Source: an uncultured Chloroflexia bacterium
Lineage (GTDB): Bacteria; Chloroflexota; Limnocylindria; Limnocylindrales; CSP1-4
NCBI GenBank assembly: GCA_963720755.1
Contig: CAVRGP010000015.1
Location: forward strand, 160,001 to 224,000
Reading direction: 5' to 3'
DNA: 64,000 nt
Shown: in pieces, positions 38,844 to 49,291 of the stretch
Numbering within the stretch: position 1 is the stretch's first letter
Layout: every line of letters starts with the position of its first letter
The notes under the pieces: generated by a model
What the model was told of the DNA's origin: nothing
The model's database searches: none
Seen by the model: only the letters and a program-made list of their open reading frames with translations
Program-made: the position numbers and the translations under genes

Positions 38844-39569
38844 TCACACGGCGGGGCCGGCGATCTCCCGGAACACGCTGTCCGCGAACTGAAGGGCGCT
38901 GGTCAGGGTCCGACCCGCCCAGTCGACATCGAGCTCCGCGACGACGTCCTCGTGATCCGCCAGCCGTCCGCCGACCATCACCGGGACTCGATGCGTCCCA
39001 CTCGTTCCTTCACCGCGTGCGGCGCGGATCGAAGCGGCCACAGAATCCCGACGCGCCGGGTCGGAGGCGGTGATGGCGACCAGGCGAGCCTCATTCCGCT
39101 GGACGAAGCGACCCAGGTCGTCGGCCGGCACGTCGGCGCCGAGTCGGGCGACGGTCCAGCCCGACTCCACCAGGAGGTGGTCGAGGAGGATCAGGCCGAT
39201 GGCATGCTGTTCCCCGGCGACCCCGGCGAGCACCGCGAGCGGCCCGATCCGGCTCTCCGGACCGACCTCGGGACGGACGTCGTCGAGCGCCCGGAGCAGG
39301 GTCTGGCTGGCGAGGTGCTCATCGGCGACCGTCCATCGCCCGGAGCGCCACCGATCCCCGACGAGGTGCATCGCCTCCGAGACGAGCCCGTCATAGACCA
39401 TGGCCCTGGTGGTGTCGGCGAGGGCCTGCCGGATCGTCCACGCGGCGAGATCGTCGTCGCCGTCCACGAGCAGGCTGGCCAGGAGTTCCGGGCTGTAGGC
39501 GTCCGACATGGCCTCGGCGGCCGTGTCGTCCACGGGTGGCAGGGACGGGGCGTCGCGATCGTCGCTCAC
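38844..39569 (-). CDS. Stand-alone cobalamin-binding protein, CarH/AerR-type
   Basis: W-x9-EH (WRSGRWTVADEH), GEQHAIG, LGADVP, VMVGG. Confidence 0.8.
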   Translation of the reverse strand: MSDDRDAPSLPPVDDTAAEAMSDAYSPELLASLLVDGDDDLAAWTIRQALADTTRAMVYDGLVSEAMHLVGDRWRSGRWTVADEHLASQTLLRALDDVRPEVGPESRIGPLAVLAGVAGEQHAIGLILLDHLLVESGWTVARLGADVPADDLGRFVQRNEARLVAITASDPARRDSVAASIRAARGEGTSGTHRVPVMVGGRLADHEDVVAELDVDWAGRTLTSALQFADSVFREIAGPAV

Positions 39570-39619
39570 GAAGCCGACTCTACCATCGCGGTCGGTCGCG
39601 CAACCACTACCATGACGCC

Positions 39620-40102
39620 ATGTATGTCGACTCGATGGAGTTTCTGGAGGAAGAACGCGAGGCGTGGCGACCGTTCGAGGCGCTGGCCGAGCTGAGTGAC
39701 GAGCAATTGGAGGTCGCCGTCGACGACGCCCACGGCTGGTCCGGCCGGATGCTCATGGGGCACATCCTCGCGTGGCAGGGGGTCGCCCTCCAGGTCGCGA
39801 CCGAGCTGGCGGTGAACGAGACGAGTCCGACGATCGCCCGGATCGATGCCGATTGGTCCGCTCGCGGTGGGGACGTCGTCAATGCCGAGATCGATGCGAC
39901 CTGGGCGGCCATGTCGATGGACGATCTCCGGGAGCGGTTCCGGACCCAACCCGGCGAGCTGCGCGGGTACCTGACCGTCGTCCCCGAAACGCGCTGGCTC
40001 AAGCATGCCGAGCATCTGCGCACGATCACCGACGAGACGACCAACCACTACGAGGAGCACCGCGTCGAGCTCGGCGCGATCCTGGCCTCCGCCGGCCGAT
40101 GA
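39620..40102 (+). CDS. DinB/MDMPI-superfamily four-helix bundle protein
   Basis: GWS...MGH..AW, HYEEH. Confidence 0.7.
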   Translation: MYVDSMEFLEEEREAWRPFEALAELSDEQLEVAVDDAHGWSGRMLMGHILAWQGVALQVATELAVNETSPTIARIDADWSARGGDVVNAEIDATWAAMSMDDLRERFRTQPGELRGYLTVVPETRWLKHAEHLRTITDETTNHYEEHRVELGAILASAGR

Positions 40103-40413
40103 CGCTGGGAGACCTGCTGGCCGAAGCGGCCGTCGATCTCCCCGGGATCGACGCGGTCATGGGACCGGATGGGACGCTGACCTTTTCGCGCGGCGGTCGC
40201 CCGTTCGCCGCGCTGTCGCCGGACGGGGGAGCGGCCGAGTTCGACCTGGATGCAGCGGTTGCCGAAGCCGCGGCCAGGACGCCGGACGTGACGTCATCTC
40301 CGCGGGGGTCGGGCTGGGTCAGATTCTCGCCGTCGGACCTGGACGATCGGGCCGCCGATCGTGCCGTGGCCTGGCTCGCCTCCGCGTATCGACGGGTCGA
40401 GCCCCGGAACTGA
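40099..40413 (+). CDS. Hypothetical protein (YjbR/MmcQ-like)
   Basis: RGGRPFA, GWV, AWLASAY; ATGA overlap. Confidence 0.6.
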   Translation: MTLGDLLAEAAVDLPGIDAVMGPDGTLTFSRGGRPFAALSPDGGAAEFDLDAAVAEAAARTPDVTSSPRGSGWVRFSPSDLDDRAADRAVAWLASAYRRVEPRN

Positions 40414-40431
40414 CCGGGGCTCGGAGGGTCG

Positions 40432-40779
40432 TCAGTCGGCCGAAACGGGCGCGTACTCGGCAAGGCCGAACTCGCGCTCCAGGACCTCGAGCGGACGGAA
40501 GCCCGGCCGCCCGATCGGCTGCTTGCCACCGCCGGGGAAGAAGGCGATGAACGGGATGCTCATGACGTTGAAGGTCTGCGAGGCGCGCGGGTTCGCGTCG
40601 ACGTCGATCTTCACGACCTCGATGATCCCGTCGTACTTCTCCGCGGCCTTCTCGATCTCCGGAGCGACCATCTTGCAGGGCTGGCACCAGCCGGCCCAGA
40701 AGTCGACCAGCACCGGCTTCTCGTTGTTCAGGACGAGCTCCATGAAGTTCTCGTCGGTCGCGTGCTTGATCTCTGCCAT
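40432..40779 (-). CDS. trxA: Thioredoxin
   Basis: PVLVDFWAGWCQPC, VMSIP; AGGAAAGG SD. Confidence 0.9.
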   Translation of the reverse strand: MAEIKHATDENFMELVLNNEKPVLVDFWAGWCQPCKMVAPEIEKAAEKYDGIIEVVKIDVDANPRASQTFNVMSIPFIAFFPGGGKQPIGRPGFRPLEVLEREFGLAEYAPVSAD

Positions 40780-40804
40780 CTGGGTCCGGTCCCTTTCCTG
40801 TGCG

Positions 40805-41104
40805 CTACCGCGCGATGTCCTGGATGAGTCGATAGGCCTCGAGGACCCGAGGGTCCGCGAGACGATAGAGGATGGTATTGCCGTCACGCCGGCTCGTGAC
40901 CAGCCCGGCATTGCGCAGGACGGCCAGGTGCTGGCTCATGTTGGGAACCTGGCAGCCGACCCGTTCGCTGAGGTCCGTCACGGAGAGTTCGCCGACGGCG
41001 AGTGACTCCAGGACGCACAGCCGCTTCGGGTCCGCAAGGGCTCGACCGACGGACGCATAGCGTTCCCGTTCGAACTCCGCGGAGACTGGCAGGCGATCCA
41101 ACAT
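40805..41104 (-). CDS. ArsR/SmtB family regulator
   Basis: ALADPKRL, SQHLAVLRNAGLV, RRDG..ILY. Confidence 0.9.
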   Translation of the reverse strand: MLDRLPVSAEFERERYASVGRALADPKRLCVLESLAVGELSVTDLSERVGCQVPNMSQHLAVLRNAGLVTSRRDGNTILYRLADPRVLEAYRLIQDIAR

Positions 41105-41188
41105 CCACAGACTGTATCAGCATTTGCGCAAACACGCAAGCAGAAGATGGCCACGGGGTGTTGCCTCGACGCTGGCATACTCGTCCCG

Positions 41189-42214
41189 ATGGTTACCGAC
41201 GATCATCTCGTTCCGTCAGCTGCCTTCGACACCGCCCGCGATCGGATCGCCGGGTTGATCCACCGGACGCCACTGCTGACGTCGTCGACGGCGGCGACCT
41301 GGGTGACCGCCGCGACCGGCGTCCGGATCGGCGACGGCCAGCTCTACCTGAAGGCGGAGCACCTCCAGAAGACGGGCTCGTTCAAGGCCCGCGGCATGTC
41401 CAACCGGATGATGACTCTGTCCGACGATATCCGGCGCCGCGGAGTCATCACGATGTCGGCCGGCAACGCGGGCCAGGCCTACGCCTGGGCCGGACGGACG
41501 GCCGGTGTCGAAGTGACGATCACGATGCCGGCGGCCGCCGTCCAGGCGAAGGTCGATGCCTGCCGTGGCTACGGGGCCAGCGTCGTCCTGGTGGGTTCGC
41601 ACATCGGCGAGACCTTCGCGGCGATGGAGCGGCTGCGCGACGAGCGAGATCTCGAATTCGTCAGCCCGTTCGACGACCCGGCCGTGATCGCCGGCCATGG
41701 CTCGATCGGCCTGGAGTTGCTCGAGGATCAGCCCGACATCGACGTCGTGGTCGTCGGCGTCGGCGGTGGCGGACTCATCTCGGGGATCGCCGGGGCGATC
41801 AAGGAACGCCGTCCCGCGACGCGGGTGTACGGCGTCGAGCCCGAGCGGTCGAACGCGGTCAGCCTCGCCCTCGACAGCGGCGAGATCACGACGATCCAGC
41901 CGCACAGTGTCGCCGACGGATTGAATGCGCCGTTCGCCGGCACCTGGACGCTCGCGATGTGTCAGCGCTACCTGGATGGGATCGTGCTGCTCGATGAACC
42001 GACGATCCTGGCGGGGATGCGGTTCGCCAATGAGCGGATGAAGCAGGTACTCGAGCCGGCGGGAGCCGCCGCCCTGGCCGCCGTGCTGGCCGGCCGGATC
42101 CCCGTTCGCGAGGGCGAGCGCGTCGCGGTGGTGGCCTCGGGCGGCAACGTCGAGGTCGGCCGGATCGGCGAATTCCTGGCCGGGGCCGGGACGTTGCCCG
42201 GGGCGCTGGCCTGA
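41189..42214 (+). CDS. PLP-dependent threonine/serine dehydratase family
   Basis: KAEHLQKTGSFKARG, SAGNAG, GGGGL, EPAGA, SGGN. Confidence 0.92.
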   Translation: MVTDDHLVPSAAFDTARDRIAGLIHRTPLLTSSTAATWVTAATGVRIGDGQLYLKAEHLQKTGSFKARGMSNRMMTLSDDIRRRGVITMSAGNAGQAYAWAGRTAGVEVTITMPAAAVQAKVDACRGYGASVVLVGSHIGETFAAMERLRDERDLEFVSPFDDPAVIAGHGSIGLELLEDQPDIDVVVVGVGGGGLISGIAGAIKERRPATRVYGVEPERSNAVSLALDSGEITTIQPHSVADGLNAPFAGTWTLAMCQRYLDGIVLLDEPTILAGMRFANERMKQVLEPAGAAALAAVLAGRIPVREGERVAVVASGGNVEVGRIGEFLAGAGTLPGALA

Positions 42215-42235
42215 TCGTCGCCAGGCCGCCGGTGG

Positions 42236-42643
42236 TCAGTCGACCCCGAGTTCGTGCAGGCGTTCGTCGTCGATCCCCAGGTGGTGGGCCAGCTCGTGGA
42301 CGACCGTGATCCAGACCTCGTCGGCGAGATCGTCGGGGTCACGGAAGTCTTCCTCGAGCGGCCGCCGGAAGAGCGTGATGCGGTTGGGGATGGCCGCCCA
42401 GTCGGCGCCCCACTCGGTCCGCGGGACCCCTTCGTACAGGCCGTAGAGGGTCTCGTCGTCGGGGACGTCGTTCTCGCGACGTTGCTCCGGTGATGGCTCG
42501 TCGGCGATGACCACGGCCACCTCGTCCAGCGCCGCTGCGAACGGATCCGGGATGGACTCGAGCGCGAGATCGACGAGCTCTTCGAACGGGCGGCGGCGCG
42601 TGCGGAGGTGAGCGGCCCGGGATCCGCGGCGGTGTTTGACCAT
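42236..42643 (-). CDS. Zincin-like metallopeptidase (DUF1025)
   Basis: LYGLYEGVP, RITLFRRP, HELAHHLGIDD. Confidence 0.88.
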   Translation of the reverse strand: MVKHRRGSRAAHLRTRRRPFEELVDLALESIPDPFAAALDEVAVVIADEPSPEQRRENDVPDDETLYGLYEGVPRTEWGADWAAIPNRITLFRRPLEEDFRDPDDLADEVWITVVHELAHHLGIDDERLHELGVD

Positions 42644-42664
42644 GGCGCTCGTATCCTAGGGGCG

Positions 42665-43600
42665 ATGCAGCCGATCCCGCCGCCTGACCCTGTCGCAGCG
42701 CCCGACGGTTTCGTGGTGGTCGTCGATCCCGGCGACCGGATCCACTTCCTCGACTGGGGCGGGCCCGGCCGCGCCGACGACCCGGGTCGCGCGGGCGTCC
42801 TGCTCATCCACGGCATCTCGGCCACCGCCTGGTCGTGGGCGCCGGTCGCGCGCCGCCTGCGTGCCATCCGCCATGTCGTCGCCATGGACCTGCGTGGGCA
42901 CGGGCTGTCGGATGCGCCGGTCGACGGCTACGACGCGACATCGCTCGCCGACGACGTCGTGGCGGTCGCGGAAGGCTCGGGCCTCCTGGCCACCACCGAT
43001 GATCGGCTGATCCTTGCCGGGCACGGGTTCGGGGCGATCGTGGCCGCATGGGCCGCGCTCGCACTCGGCGAGCGGTGCGCCGGGCTCGTGCTCGTGGACG
43101 GCGGCTGGGAGTCCCTCGAAGAGGCGAGTGGCCTGGACATCGACGAATTCCTGCGCGGTCTCGATGAGCCGCCTGAGGTGATGCGCTCCATGGACGCGTT
43201 CCTGGCCGACCGGGTCGCGTTCGATCCGGCCACCTGGGACGTCGACCAGGAGCGGGCCGCGCGGGCGACCGTCGTCGAGACGCATGCCGGCAAGGTCGTG
43301 CCGGCCACGCGGCCACACGCGCTCGAGGCCAGCGTGCGGGCCATGTTCGCGTATGAGCCGGTGTCGGCCCTGACGAGCGTGCCCGGGCCGATCGTCGCGC
43401 TCGTCGCCGCCAGCGACGCGGCAGGTCCCCGAGTCAGGGCCCTCGCCTCGGTCTCTACGGCCCGTGCGGACCGCGGCCTGACCCGGATCCGAGCCTCGTC
43501 GTTCCCCCACACGGGCCACAACCTGATGCGCTACCGTCCGGATGCGGTGTGCGCGGCGATCCTGTCGGTCGACGACGCCGGCGCGACCCCGGAGGTATGA
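42665..43600 (+). CDS. Alpha/beta-hydrolase fold protein lacking the nucleophile Ser
   Basis: LLIHG, DLRGHGLS, GHGFGA, GHN. Confidence 0.82.
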   Translation: MQPIPPPDPVAAPDGFVVVVDPGDRIHFLDWGGPGRADDPGRAGVLLIHGISATAWSWAPVARRLRAIRHVVAMDLRGHGLSDAPVDGYDATSLADDVVAVAEGSGLLATTDDRLILAGHGFGAIVAAWAALALGERCAGLVLVDGGWESLEEASGLDIDEFLRGLDEPPEVMRSMDAFLADRVAFDPATWDVDQERAARATVVETHAGKVVPATRPHALEASVRAMFAYEPVSALTSVPGPIVALVAASDAAGPRVRALASVSTARADRGLTRIRASSFPHTGHNLMRYRPDAVCAAILSVDDAGATPEV

Positions 43601-44727
43601 CCAGCGCGATGGACGTCGTCTACTCACCAGCCCACCTCGGGCACGACATCACGGTCGAGACGTACATGGGCGTCCCGGTCCCGGCCAACGAGGTCGCGGA
43701 GCGGGCCGAGCGGATCCGGACCACGCTCGAGGCCGACGGAGGGTTCGAGACCGTCTCGCCCACCGCCCATGGCGAGGACCCGATCACAGCCGTTCACGAG
43801 CCGGCCATGGTTCGCTTCCTCGAGGTCGCCTGGTCCGAGCTTCGAGCGCAGTCGATCGACCGGCCGTTCCTGACCGCCGATACGTATCCCAATCGAGCCA
43901 TGTTCGAGGGGATGTCCGAGGCGGCCGTGGCGACCTTCGTGCGGGAGCCCGTCCACGTCGGGGGGCGGGCCGGGTTCTGGGGCCTCGATTCAGCTGTGCC
44001 GCTGGTCGCGGGAACCTACGTCGCCGCCCGATCCGCGGTCGACGTCGCCCTGACCTCGATGGACCTGGTGCTCGGTGGCGCACCCGCGGCCTACGGACTC
44101 TGCCGGCCGCCTGGTCATCACGCCGCCCGCTCGATGTACGGCGGGTACTGCTTCTTCAACAATGCGGCGATCGTCGCCGAAGCGGTCACCCAGGCGACCG
44201 GTGAACGAGTGGCGATCCTCGACCTGGATTACCACCACGGCAACGGGAGCCAGCAGATCTTCTGGCGACGCGGCGACGTCCGCTACGTCTCCATCCACGT
44301 GGACCCCGATCACGAGTACCCGTTCTTCCTGGGCCGAGCCGACGAGGTGGGCGAGGGCGAGGGCCGTGGCGAGAACCTCAACCTCCCGCTTCGACCCGGG
44401 ACGACCAACGCGGGATACCTGGCTGCCGTCGATCGAGCGCTTGAGGCGATCCTCGCGGTGCCCGGGTCGATCGTCGTCGTGTCCCTCGGATTCGACACGT
44501 ATGGCCTGGACCCGATCGGGACATTCGCCCTGACGACGGATGTCTACCACGAGGTGGGCCGGCGCACGGCATCGCTCGGCCGCCGTCTGGTGATCCTCCA
44601 GGAGGGCGGCTATCACCGGCCGTCGCTCGGCGAGAACGCACGCGCCTGGTTGCGTGGCGTGGACGGGCGTCCGTTCGACCCGCTGCCGGCGGCCGGGTTC
44701 GGGGCGGATGGCACAGTCGCCGGCTAG
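43597..44727 (+). CDS. Histone deacetylase family (acetylpolyamine amidohydrolase-like)
   Basis: RPPGHH, GGYCFFNN, DLDYHHGNG, SLGFD, QEGGY. Confidence 0.92.
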   Translation: MTSAMDVVYSPAHLGHDITVETYMGVPVPANEVAERAERIRTTLEADGGFETVSPTAHGEDPITAVHEPAMVRFLEVAWSELRAQSIDRPFLTADTYPNRAMFEGMSEAAVATFVREPVHVGGRAGFWGLDSAVPLVAGTYVAARSAVDVALTSMDLVLGGAPAAYGLCRPPGHHAARSMYGGYCFFNNAAIVAEAVTQATGERVAILDLDYHHGNGSQQIFWRRGDVRYVSIHVDPDHEYPFFLGRADEVGEGEGRGENLNLPLRPGTTNAGYLAAVDRALEAILAVPGSIVVVSLGFDTYGLDPIGTFALTTDVYHEVGRRTASLGRRLVILQEGGYHRPSLGENARAWLRGVDGRPFDPLPAAGFGADGTVAG

Positions 44728-45367
44728 ACGGGCGCCCGAAGCGCCGCTGTCCAGGGCAGGTCTGGCCCGCGCGGTCGAGGCACTGGCGGATCGGGACCGC
44801 GATCTGGCGGCGATCGTCGCCCGACACGGCGTTCCGCCGCTGTGGGACCGGCCGCCGGGCTTCGCGACGCTGCTCCACATCATCCTCGAGCAGCAGGTCT
44901 CCCTCGGGTCGGCGAGAGCAGCGTTCGATCGGTTGCGGGTCGCCGCCGATCCGTTGACGGCAGCGAGGTTCCTCGAACTGTCCGATGAAGAACTTCTGGC
45001 CGTCGGTTTCAGCCGGCAGAAAGCCCGGTACGGGCGCGCCCTGGCGGCAGCCGTCCACGAAGGGACGCTCGACCTCGACGACATGGCCTCCCTGGATGAC
45101 GACGCCGCCGATCAGGCACTCCAAGCCATCCCCGGCATCGGTCCGTGGACCTCCACGATCTACCGGATGATGGTCCTCGGACGACCCGACGTCTGGCCCG
45201 TCGGCGATATCGCCCTGGCGGCCTCGGTCGGAACGGTCAAAAGGCTCGACCACCGACCGGACGCGACCGAGTTGGCGACACTCGGTGAGGCCTGGCGACC
45301 CTGGCGATCCGTCGCCGCGCGCCTGTTCTGGCACGACTACCTGGCACGACGCGGTCGCGAGGGCTAG
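44708..45367 (+). CDS. alkA: DNA-3-methyladenine glycosylase II family
   Basis: ILEQQVS, PGIGPWT, DVWPVGD, WRPWRS. Confidence 0.88.
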   Translation: MAQSPARRAPEAPLSRAGLARAVEALADRDRDLAAIVARHGVPPLWDRPPGFATLLHIILEQQVSLGSARAAFDRLRVAADPLTAARFLELSDEELLAVGFSRQKARYGRALAAAVHEGTLDLDDMASLDDDAADQALQAIPGIGPWTSTIYRMMVLGRPDVWPVGDIALAASVGTVKRLDHRPDATELATLGEAWRPWRSVAARLFWHDYLARRGREG

Positions 45368-45438
45368 GCCCGTCGCGCAGCCTCGGCGCAGGGGATCGGC
45401 ACCCGTCGTACCATCGCCGCCTGCACAGGAGCCCATCC

Positions 45439-46134
45439 GTGTCCAGCCCGTCCGACCTTCCCAGTCACGTCCAGCGCATCGTCGATGAGATCGAGAGCGA
45501 GATCGGCGACGAACCGCTGCGTCCTGCGGCCGTCATCGAGGGCAACGGCAGCGACGGCCATGGTCCGGCGGGGCCGGTCGAATCGGCGGTCCGCCAGATC
45601 CTGGTCGAGATCGGCGAGGATCCGGAGCGCCAGGGTCTGACCGGGACGCCCGGCCGGGTCCACCGGATGTACACGGAGCTCACCGCCGGCTACCACGTCG
45701 ATCCAGATCGGTTGGTCAACGACGCGATCTTCGACATCGCCTACAGCGAGATGGTCCTGGTCAAGGACATCCCGTTCTATTCGCTCTGCGAGCATCACCT
45801 GCTGCCGTTCTTCGGGACGGCCGCCGTTGCCTACATCCCGCGCGGGCGAGTCATCGGCCTGTCCAAGATCCCGCGGGTGGTCGAGATGTATTCACGTCGT
45901 CTGCAGGTCCAGGAGCGGTTGACCCAGCAGATCGCCGAGTTCCTGCAGGACCGCCTCGATCCACAGGGGGTCGGGGTCGTCTTGGAAGCGACCCACCTGT
46001 GCGCTGCGATGCGCGGCGTTCGCAAGCCGGGCACGATCATGACCACCTCGTCCGTCCTCGGCTTGTTCCGGACTCGCGACCGGACGCGGGCCGAGTTCTT
46101 CGCCCACCTCGCCCGCCACTCGCCCGAGGGCTGA
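45439..46134 (+). CDS. folE: GTP cyclohydrolase I
   Basis: [40 protein letters not shown]. Confidence 0.96.
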   Translation: MSSPSDLPSHVQRIVDEIESEIGDEPLRPAAVIEGNGSDGHGPAGPVESAVRQILVEIGEDPERQGLTGTPGRVHRMYTELTAGYHVDPDRLVNDAIFDIAYSEMVLVKDIPFYSLCEHHLLPFFGTAAVAYIPRGRVIGLSKIPRVVEMYSRRLQVQERLTQQIAEFLQDRLDPQGVGVVLEATHLCAAMRGVRKPGTIMTTSSVLGLFRTRDRTRAEFFAHLARHSPEG

Positions 46135-46136
46135 CC

Positions 46137-46910
46137 GTGGACCTGGGGCTCGCCGGTCGCGTCGTCCTCATCACCGGTGCCGGTGGCGGTGCCGGCCCGA
46201 CGATGGCCCTGGCCTTCGCCGCCGAAGGCGCGTTCGTCGCCCTCCATCAGCGGACCTCCGGGCAGGAGACGGGTGCGCCGACCCGTGCCGAGTCGACCGC
46301 CGCCGAGATCGTCGCGGGTGGTGGGCGCGCCATTGCGGTGGCGGCCGACCTGACCTCATCGGACCAGGTCGACGCCGGCATCGAGCGGATCGCCCGGGAG
46401 CTCGGCCCGGTCGGCGTGCTGGTGACCGCGACGTCGGCATACCGGACGGAGCGGTTCGCGGAGATCTCCGATGCGTCCTGGACGTCGGTCATGGACGACC
46501 TGATCGGGGCGACGTTCCGGACATGTCGGGCCGTCGCGCCGGGGATGCAGGCAGCCGGCTGGGGCCGGATCGTGAACATCGCGGCCCGGTCCGGGCAGGT
46601 TGGCGTCTCGCGGGCCGCGCATTACTCGGCGGCGAAGGCGGCCATCGTGGGCCTGACCGCGTCGCTGGCAAAGGAACTCGGACCGTCGGGGGTCCTCGTG
46701 AACGCCGTGGCGCCGACGCAGATCCTGACCGTGAAGGCTGGCGTTCCGTCGATCCCCGATGAGCGCGCGGCGGTGCTGACGAAGTCGATCCCGGTGCGGC
46801 GACTGGCGACGCCGGACGACCTGGCCGCACTCGTGGTCTGGCTCGGCTCGGCGGCCAATACGTACGTGTCCGGCGAGACGATCGCCCTGACCGGCGGTGA
46901 TCAGCGCTGA
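46137..46910 (+). CDS. SDR family oxidoreductase
   Basis: TGAGGGAG, YSAAK, VNAVAP. Confidence 0.88.
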   Translation: MDLGLAGRVVLITGAGGGAGPTMALAFAAEGAFVALHQRTSGQETGAPTRAESTAAEIVAGGGRAIAVAADLTSSDQVDAGIERIARELGPVGVLVTATSAYRTERFAEISDASWTSVMDDLIGATFRTCRAVAPGMQAAGWGRIVNIAARSGQVGVSRAAHYSAAKAAIVGLTASLAKELGPSGVLVNAVAPTQILTVKAGVPSIPDERAAVLTKSIPVRRLATPDDLAALVVWLGSAANTYVSGETIALTGGDQR

Positions 46911-46964
46911 TCTTCGCGTCCCGAGGCGACCGCCACGGACCTCGGCGCTGGCTATCATGGGCGG

Positions 46965-47369
46965 ATGACCGACCGACCGATCAAGGTCCTCATCGCCAAA
47001 CCCGGCCTCGACGGCCATGACCGGGGCGCCAAGGTGCTCGCCCGAGGGCTGCGTGACGAGGGGTTCGAAGTCGTCTACACCGGCCTCCGGCAAACCCCCG
47101 AGATGATCGCGACCGCCGCCCTCCAGGAAGATGTCGATGTGGTCGGCCTGTCCATCCTGTCGGGTGCCCACATGACCCTCGTCCCGAGGGTGACCCGGCT
47201 GCTGACCGAACGCGGGATGGGCGACGTCCTCGTGACGGTCGGCGGGATCATCCCGGACGACGATGTCGTCGCATTGCGGGCCGCCGGCGTGGCCGAGGTC
47301 TTCGGGCCAGGCACGACGATCGGCCAGGTCGCCGACTACCTGCGGGCGAACGCACGATCGCGCGGCTAG
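46965..47369 (+). CDS. icmB: Acyl-CoA mutase small (B12-binding) subunit
   Basis: [24 protein letters not shown]. Confidence 0.88.
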   Translation: MTDRPIKVLIAKPGLDGHDRGAKVLARGLRDEGFEVVYTGLRQTPEMIATAALQEDVDVVGLSILSGAHMTLVPRVTRLLTERGMGDVLVTVGGIIPDDDVVALRAAGVAEVFGPGTTIGQVADYLRANARSRG

Positions 47370-47371
47370 GC

Positions 47372-48364
47372 GTGGGCGCGGACGTCGCGACCCGAGCAGC
47401 CGCACTCTCCGATGCCGCGATCGAGGGAGACCGGCTGGCCCTGGCCCGGTTGCTGACCGCGGTCGAGAACCGGACCGGGGTCGCCGAAGCGGCGTTGCGC
47501 CGGCTCTATCCGCTGGCTGGCCGATCCCACATCGTCGGGATCACCGGACCGCCGGGTTCGGGGAAATCGACCCTGGTGGCGGCGCTCATCGCCGAGGTCC
47601 GGCAGGCTGGCCGCACCGTGGCGGTCATCGCCGTGGACCCGTCGAGCCCGATCACGGGTGGCGCCCTGCTCGGGGATCGTGTCCGGATGCAGTCCTATGC
47701 GGACGACAACGATGTCTTCATCCGGTCGATGGCGTCGCGCGGTCACGCCGGCGGTCTTGCGTCGACATCGACAGCCGCGGCGGCGGTCCTCGCGGCTGCC
47801 GGGTTCGACCTGATCCTGATCGAGACGGTCGGAACGGGCCAGAGCGAGGTCGAGGTCGCCGCCGCCGCGGACACGACCGTGGTGTTGGAGGCGCCCGAGA
47901 TGGGCGACGAGGTCCAGGCGATCAAGGCCGGACTGCTCGAGGTGGCGGACCTGGTCGTCGTCAACAAGGGCGACAAGCCCGGAGCGCAACGGACGGCCGC
48001 ACAGCTGCGGGCGATGCTGGTCGCCAGCGCGCCGCGCCTCGACCCGGCCGAGAGCAGGTCCGGTCGGCCACAGCCGAAGCGGCCCGAGGTCCTGATCACG
48101 ACGGCGGCGACCGGCGACGGGGTTCCTGAGCTGCTCGCGGCACTCGATCGACACCGCGAAACCGGCCGGGCAGACGTTTCGGCCGCCGCCAGGCTCGCTC
48201 GGGCCGAAGCCCAGGTCTGGGCCATCGTCGCGGACCGCCTGCGCGAGCGGCTCCACGACATCGACCACGTCGAGGCGACGGCGTCGGTCCTCGGGGACGT
48301 CGCGGAGCATCGGATGGACCCGTATACGGCCGCGGATCGCCTGCTCGACGACGCTCGAGGCTGA
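47372..48364 (+). CDS. meaB: Mutase-associated GTPase
   Basis: GPPGSGKST, VDPSSP..GGALLGDRVRM, IETVG.GQSE, VNKGD. Confidence 0.95.
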   Translation: MGADVATRAAALSDAAIEGDRLALARLLTAVENRTGVAEAALRRLYPLAGRSHIVGITGPPGSGKSTLVAALIAEVRQAGRTVAVIAVDPSSPITGGALLGDRVRMQSYADDNDVFIRSMASRGHAGGLASTSTAAAAVLAAAGFDLILIETVGTGQSEVEVAAAADTTVVLEAPEMGDEVQAIKAGLLEVADLVVVNKGDKPGAQRTAAQLRAMLVASAPRLDPAESRSGRPQPKRPEVLITTAATGDGVPELLAALDRHRETGRADVSAAARLARAEAQVWAIVADRLRERLHDIDHVEATASVLGDVAEHRMDPYTAADRLLDDARG

Positions 48365-48409
48365 TCCACGCCGCGCCGACGCGGCGCCGGGCGACGTACC
48401 ATCGGGGTC

Positions 48410-49291
48410 ATGACAGATCCCATCGAGCAAATCTTCGTCGCCGGCGCCGGCCTCATGGGTCACGGCATCGCCCAGGTCCACGCCGCCATCGGCCTGCCGG
48501 TGACGCTGTACGAACCCGAGTTGAGCCGGGCGGAAGCCGGGCGCGACCGAATCCTGGGGAACCTCGAGCGGGCCGTCGCCAAGGGCAAGCTGACCGCGGA
48601 CGATCGCGACGCGATCATCGCCCGGGTCGAGCCGAGCGACGACCTGTCCAGCGTCGCCGACGCCGACCTCGTCATCGAGGCGGTCTTCGAGGACCTGGCC
48701 GTCAAGACGACCCTGTGGCGCCAGCTCGATGGGTTGGCACCTGCGAGCGCGATCTTTGCCAGCAACACCTCGTCGATCGCGATCCATCGGCTGGCCGAAG
48801 CGGTCGGGCAGGACCGGCGCAACCGCTTTCTCGGGATGCACTTCTTCAGCCCGGTCCCGGTCATGCCGCTCGTCGAGCTGATCCGCGGCCGTGACACCGC
48901 CGACGACACCGTGGCGGCGATCCGCGAGCTGTCCGAGGCGTTGGGCAAGCAGGTCATCGTGTCGGCCGATCGACCCGGATTCATCGTCAACCGGACGCTG
49001 ATGCCGTTCCTCGCCGAGGCGATGCGGGCGTTCGAGGAAGGCCTCGGCACCGCCGAGGACATCGACACCGGGGCGCGCGTCGGGCTCAACCACCCGATGG
49101 GACCGCTTGAGCTCGCCGACTTCATCGGGCTCGACGTCTGTCTCGGGGTGATGCGCGTCCTCGACGACGGGCTCAGTGGCGATCAGTTCCGTCCCCCGAG
49201 GGTCCTGATCGAGCTGGTCGACGCCGGGAAGCTCGGCCAGAAGACCGGCGAGGGCTTCCACACCTACCCGCGTCCGGCGAAGGGCTCATGA
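48410..49291 (+). CDS. hbd: 3-hydroxybutyryl-CoA dehydrogenase
   Basis: GAGLMG, IEAVFE, SNTSS, GMHFF, HPMGPL. Confidence 0.92.
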   Translation: MTDPIEQIFVAGAGLMGHGIAQVHAAIGLPVTLYEPELSRAEAGRDRILGNLERAVAKGKLTADDRDAIIARVEPSDDLSSVADADLVIEAVFEDLAVKTTLWRQLDGLAPASAIFASNTSSIAIHRLAEAVGQDRRNRFLGMHFFSPVPVMPLVELIRGRDTADDTVAAIRELSEALGKQVIVSADRPGFIVNRTLMPFLAEAMRAFEEGLGTAEDIDTGARVGLNHPMGPLELADFIGLDVCLGVMRVLDDGLSGDQFRPPRVLIELVDAGKLGQKTGEGFHTYPRPAKGS

